Below, in pieces: positions 60,223 to 64,000 of a stretch of 64,000 nucleotides of DNA (positions are counted from its first letter, which is position 1; each line of letters begins with the position of its first letter). A model generated the notes under the pieces. The model made no database searches, was not told the DNA's origin, and worked only from the letters and a program-made list of their open reading frames with translations. The stretch comes from an uncultured delta proteobacterium (GTDB taxonomy: Bacteria; Desulfobacterota; Syntrophia; Syntrophales; UBA2185): assembly GCA_963729715.1 (NCBI GenBank), contig CAVSPA010000003.1, positions 32,001-96,000 of the forward strand, given 5' to 3'. Made by a program: the position numbers and the translations under genes.

Positions 60223-60249
60223 GTATTACTAATGTAGCATTCGTAGCAC
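60223..60249. promoter_or_regulatory. NikR operator (autoregulatory)
   Basis: GTATTAC-N13-GTAGCAC immediately upstream of nikR. Confidence 0.7.
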
Positions 60250-60323
60250 AATTGCCTATACGTGTCAAGCAGAATATGTATGATTACTATTACATGGCAT
60301 AATGTTATTTTAGCCGACAGCCG

Positions 60324-60521
60324 TTTATTTATCTGTCAAAACCACTGACATTGTCAGTGGTGGGGTGTGGGGGCGGAGGCCCCACACCTTAAGTGAACCA
60401 ACAATGTTGGTGAACAATATTTTAGAATAGCCGTTTCAACCCTTATCAGGCAAGGCGAAGGACATTGTCCGTAGGCTTGCCGCATTTTGAAGGCCACCGA
60501 CAAGGTCGGTGGTAGTTTACT
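60324..60521. mobile_element. Non-autonomous IS200/IS605-like element, copy 2 (inverted)
   Basis: About 98% identical to the reverse complement of 10707-10904. Confidence 0.75.
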
Positions 60522-60792
60522 CCTTCTTTTTGGTGTGTGTATGTTCGTGGATCTCTTCATCATGGAGCGGATGATCGTGCTCATGGGTACCATGATCTCC
60601 CTTATGTTCATGGTCATGCACATGAGAGTCCCCGATATGTTTATGCTCATGCAAATGTTCGTGCAGATGTTCGTGGGCGTGTTTATGCTTATGATCGTGG
60701 CTGTGCTTCGTATCACCATGGGCGTGGTCATGCTCGTGGTCATGGGTGTGCGGATGTCCATGTAAATGCTTGTGCTCATGCTTTCCTTTCAT
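60517..60792 (-). CDS. His-rich (HxH) putative nickel storage/chaperone protein
   Basis: 35 His in 91 aa from MKGKH; SD GGAGG; next to nikR. Confidence 0.8.
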   Translation of the reverse strand: MKGKHEHKHLHGHPHTHDHEHDHAHGDTKHSHDHKHKHAHEHLHEHLHEHKHIGDSHVHDHEHKGDHGTHEHDHPLHDEEIHEHTHTKKKE

Positions 60793-60931
60793 AATGCCTC
60801 CTTCCATGACTTGGGGTGTAGTAAATTTAAATATATTTCGAATGCTTTTATCAACCTTCAGTTTATAAGCGGATATTAAGTCAGAGTTCTTCATGTTTCA
60901 ATATATAAATAGTGGATGGGGTTACATTTTT

Positions 60932-60958
60932 TGATTACTATCGATTGAAATGTTGCAT
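60932..60958. promoter_or_regulatory. Degenerate NikR-like operator upstream of the His-rich gene
   Basis: TGATTAC-N13-GTTGCAT. Confidence 0.35.
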
Positions 60959-61183
60959 GGATAATTTGACTTAGAAGAACAACAGTACAGTTACAAATAC
61001 AATGTTTATCAGAAAATTTCACGCTAAGAACTATGCACCTTTCATCCCGTTATTAATAGGCTGCTCTGAAAAACCAATAAGTTGATTTGTATTTGTTATA
61101 CTCAACTCCAACCACATGCAATTTCCATTTTCCCTTGACAAAATCCTTCCGCCTTTCTATCGTCACGCCACTGGATTTCTCAT

Positions 61184-63289
61184 ATGGAGCAAAATGATGA
61201 ACAGCCGTGCCCCGGTGCGGCGGGAGGAACAGCGAGCATGAGCATGTGCGATAGAAACGTCGGCAGCAAGAGCGGGTTCTGTTTCCGGAGGTTTTTGCTG
61301 ATTCTGCTACTGATCCTGCTGTTGCCCGTTTACTCAGTAGCCGAAAATCTTACCTGTAACCGCCTACCCATGCTGATGCAAGGGTTACTAACCAAACACT
61401 ACGTAACGAAGAATATGACCGGGGAGATCAACACTCACGCCGTCGACCAGATGATCAAGAGGATTGACCCCTCTAGAACGCTGCTGTATGAGTCCGATTT
61501 GGAAAGGCTAAAATCGGCTCTAGAAGGCGCGTTTGCTCGCATGCACGCGGGCAACTGTGAGGTGCTGCAGCAGGTTTACGACGTGCTCGTCGCGCGGGCG
61601 CGGGAGAACGAGGCCATCGTCAAAAAGATTTTGGGACCGGACTATCAACTCGACGAGACGCTGGAGCTGAACGTCAACGTGGACAAGCGCCCCTATGTGA
61701 AGACGACCGCGGAAAAGCATGAGCTCCTAAGGAAAGTCGTGCAATTCCAGATTGAAAGCGCCATGCTGGCAGGCGCCGACTTGGCGGAAGCCAAGAAGCA
61801 GCAGATTCACCAGTATGAACTGCAGACGATGCGGGTAGTCGAGCGCAATCCCGAAAAGCTCATTACGAGCGCCGCCAAGGCTTTCGCCCTGGCCTTGGAT
61901 CCGCACACGAACTATCTATCCCCCGAAAACCTTGCGGACTTCGACATTCAGATGCAGCATTCCCTGGAGGGGATCGGGGCCTCCCTCAGCAGCGATAACG
62001 GCTTTACCGTTATTGAGGAGTTGATTCCCGGCGGAGGCGCCGAGCGCTCGGGCCTGCTGAAGTTAAAGGACAAGATCATCGCTGTGGCCCAGGAAGGGGA
62101 AAAACCCGTTAACGTCATCGATATGGACCTGTCCGACGTTATCAAGATGATCCGTGGCAAAAAAGGCACGAAGGTAACCCTGACAATCCTGCGACAGGCA
62201 GAACACACGAACCGCTTCGACGTCACTATCACGCGTGACAAGATCGACATCAAGGAACAGGAGGCCAAGATCAACTACGAGACACGGACAGTTGGCGGCA
62301 GGCAGTACCGGTTTGGTGTGATCGATCTTCCTTCCTTCTATGGCGACGAGAAGGAAAACACGTCCTGCTATGAAGACGTGAAAAACCTTCTCGCGGAGGC
62401 CAAACGTCAGCATGTCGATGGGATCGTACTGGATCTGTCCCGCAACGGGGGCGGGCTACTCGGAGAGGCGGTGCGCCTTGCTGGCCTTTTTCTTGACAAG
62501 GGTGGAATCGTGGCGACCAAGGACAACGACGAGCAGGTGACTATTCTCGCCAACGGTTCAGCCGCATCGGGGACGGAGGGCGACAAGATCAAGGTGATTA
62601 CGTTCCCCGCGGAAGACCCCCGCGCGGTCTATACGGGACCCCTCGTCGTACTGACGAGCCGCCTGAGCGCGTCGGCCAGCGAGATCGTGGCAGGTGCTCT
62701 CAAAGACTACCATCGTGCTGTGATCGTCGGATCGGACCATACCTTCGGCAAGGGGTCTGTGCAGGCACTGATGTCCCTGCCCTGGGATCTGGGCGGCATA
62801 ACAGTCACAACGGCGCTGTACTTCCTACCCGGCGGCAAGTCTACACAGAAGATGGGCGTAGAAGCGGATGTGCGGCTGCCTATCTGGTTCATTCTCGAAG
62901 ATGTTGGTGAAACGGCTCTGGATTACCCGCTTCCGGCCCAGGCGATCACGTCCTTCCTCGGCGTCCCGGGAAACGCCGCGCCGCTCTGGAAACCTGTGGG
63001 GCAGCCGATGATCGCGGAACTGGCAGCAAGGTCCAAGGCCCGAGTCGCCAAAGACGCGAAGTTCGCCGAGATCATCAAGAACAACAAAGAAGCCGCCGGC
63101 AAGAAGGGCGTGATACGGCTTTCAGACTTACGCAAGGGGATGGAGAAAGAAAACGGCGGCCAGAAGAAGGAAACGCTTACTGAGCTTAAGCAGAAAGCTC
63201 GGGACCAGTATGCTCCCTTCGTGAACGAGAGCGTCAACGTTCTACTCGATATGGTGACGCTGGGTCCAGCCATGCCTGCGCAGCAGTAA
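61184..63289 (+). CDS. prc: Carboxy-terminal processing protease (S41, Prc/Tsp-like)
   Basis: LDPHTNY, LEGIGA PDZ, DLSRNGGG, SASASEI, TFGKGSVQ; true start may be slightly downstream. Confidence 0.9.
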   Translation: MEQNDEQPCPGAAGGTASMSMCDRNVGSKSGFCFRRFLLILLLILLLPVYSVAENLTCNRLPMLMQGLLTKHYVTKNMTGEINTHAVDQMIKRIDPSRTLLYESDLERLKSALEGAFARMHAGNCEVLQQVYDVLVARARENEAIVKKILGPDYQLDETLELNVNVDKRPYVKTTAEKHELLRKVVQFQIESAMLAGADLAEAKKQQIHQYELQTMRVVERNPEKLITSAAKAFALALDPHTNYLSPENLADFDIQMQHSLEGIGASLSSDNGFTVIEELIPGGGAERSGLLKLKDKIIAVAQEGEKPVNVIDMDLSDVIKMIRGKKGTKVTLTILRQAEHTNRFDVTITRDKIDIKEQEAKINYETRTVGGRQYRFGVIDLPSFYGDEKENTSCYEDVKNLLAEAKRQHVDGIVLDLSRNGGGLLGEAVRLAGLFLDKGGIVATKDNDEQVTILANGSAASGTEGDKIKVITFPAEDPRAVYTGPLVVLTSRLSASASEIVAGALKDYHRAVIVGSDHTFGKGSVQALMSLPWDLGGITVTTALYFLPGGKSTQKMGVEADVRLPIWFILEDVGETALDYPLPAQAITSFLGVPGNAAPLWKPVGQPMIAELAARSKARVAKDAKFAEIIKNNKEAAGKKGVIRLSDLRKGMEKENGGQKKETLTELKQKARDQYAPFVNESVNVLLDMVTLGPAMPAQQ

Positions 63290-63585
63290 CGGCAGGCCGA
63301 GGCGGGTATGTCGGGACGTTGAACAAGCGGCGGGCCGCCAGGCGCAGTTCGTTTTTAAAAGAGGGGCTCTCTTTTTCCTTCCAGGAATCGCCTTAATGAT
63401 GAAGTCAGCAAGGGGTTGGCTGTAACAGAATTCCTCAACAAGTACGCAGTCGAGAATTGCATTGTCAGCAAGAGGACGGGCAACGTAATGGGGATAGCCT
63501 GAAAAACCGATGACTCGCAATTGGTAATGTGCAAGAGTGATCAAAGAAAAAATGAAATGCGCCGGTTATTTGGTTACACCTACAA

Positions 63586-63695
63586 TGTCACGCAAGGCTG
63601 TCTTATCGAGAATCAATGATAACTTTTTGTACTGTTGAATATACCACCATCTATTTTCTATCCAACTCTGTCTTCACGGCCAGTCCCAGTTTTTC
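63586..63695 (+). repeat. 110-bp direct repeat, copy B
   Basis: Matches 42798-42907. Confidence 0.75.
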
Positions 63696-63790
63696 TATGA
63701 CATAGGGATTTTTCACATTGGCGCCCGCACCGAGGGCCTGGGCAGCATGCACGCGATCAGCCTCCGGGAAACCGCTGACGATAATCGCCC
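63651..63790 (-). pseudogene. C-terminal remnant of a receiver domain (hybrid histidine kinase type)
   Basis: RAIIVSGFPEADRVHAAQALGAGANVKNPYVIEKLGLAVKTELDRK*. Confidence 0.65.
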
Positions 63791-64000
63791 GACATCCATC
63801 AGTCACGGGAAAAATATTTCTTTACGGGTCGGCCCGCATCGCGGCAGGCAAAGAGGTCCGGTGTGATCGCCCGATAGACGAAGGTGCTCTGAATCCCGAT
63901 ACTGGTGATGTCTGCCATCCGGGTTTCGTTTGTACGCGTAACGGTTGGGCTCTGTCCTGTTGGGCATTATGTGGGTGTCGCAGTCCTCCGGGTACGGACA

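Noticed and set aside
60354..60794. Alternative-frame ORFs over the His-rich gene and the miniature element
   Set aside because: Shadows of the CAT/CAC repeat pattern
1..64000. CRISPR arrays, tRNA/rRNA genes, integron attC arrays, reverse transcriptases
   Set aside because: None found by manual reading; a single degenerate element could have been missed

Overview
Bacterial chromosomal window. Gene content (beta-oxidation/ETF operons, IHF, zinc-ribbon adenylate cyclase, TonB/corrinoid uptake, Geobacter-type NikR boxes) suggests an anaerobic deltaproteobacterium such as Syntrophales; that is an inference. 1-26 kb is an accessory patchwork: secreted proteins, an IS110 element whose ends, circle promoter and donor guide can be read from the sequence, a 2.16-kb two-tyrosine-recombinase element, IS200/IS605-like miniature elements, a STAND-type cyclase, a B12 radical SAM and two amidohydrolases. 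26.6-40.5 kb is fatty/hydroxy-acid catabolism (etfBA, CoA ligase, ACADs, FadB-like, and a divergent phosphatase-ACAD-TetR-kinase-SDR cluster). 42.9-60.8 kb is a minus-strand metal/cofactor island: His-rich protein, nikR, tonB-exbBD, TBDR, ECF transporter, radical SAM, P19-like protein, methyltransferase, then btuF/C/D/B with two cobalamin riboswitches, a cbiR-like remnant, cbiZ and tonB. An S41 protease ends the window. Best leads: (i) the NikR-controlled TBDR+ECF+radical SAM+methyltransferase module; (ii) a ~150-nt leader with a 15-codon uORF and terminator present twice before secreted-protein genes; (iii) one target motif hit by both the IS110 and the two-recombinase element; (iv) a sigma54-linked RNA with tandem anti-Shine-Dalgarno loops. 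All calls come from manual motif recognition; no searches were run.
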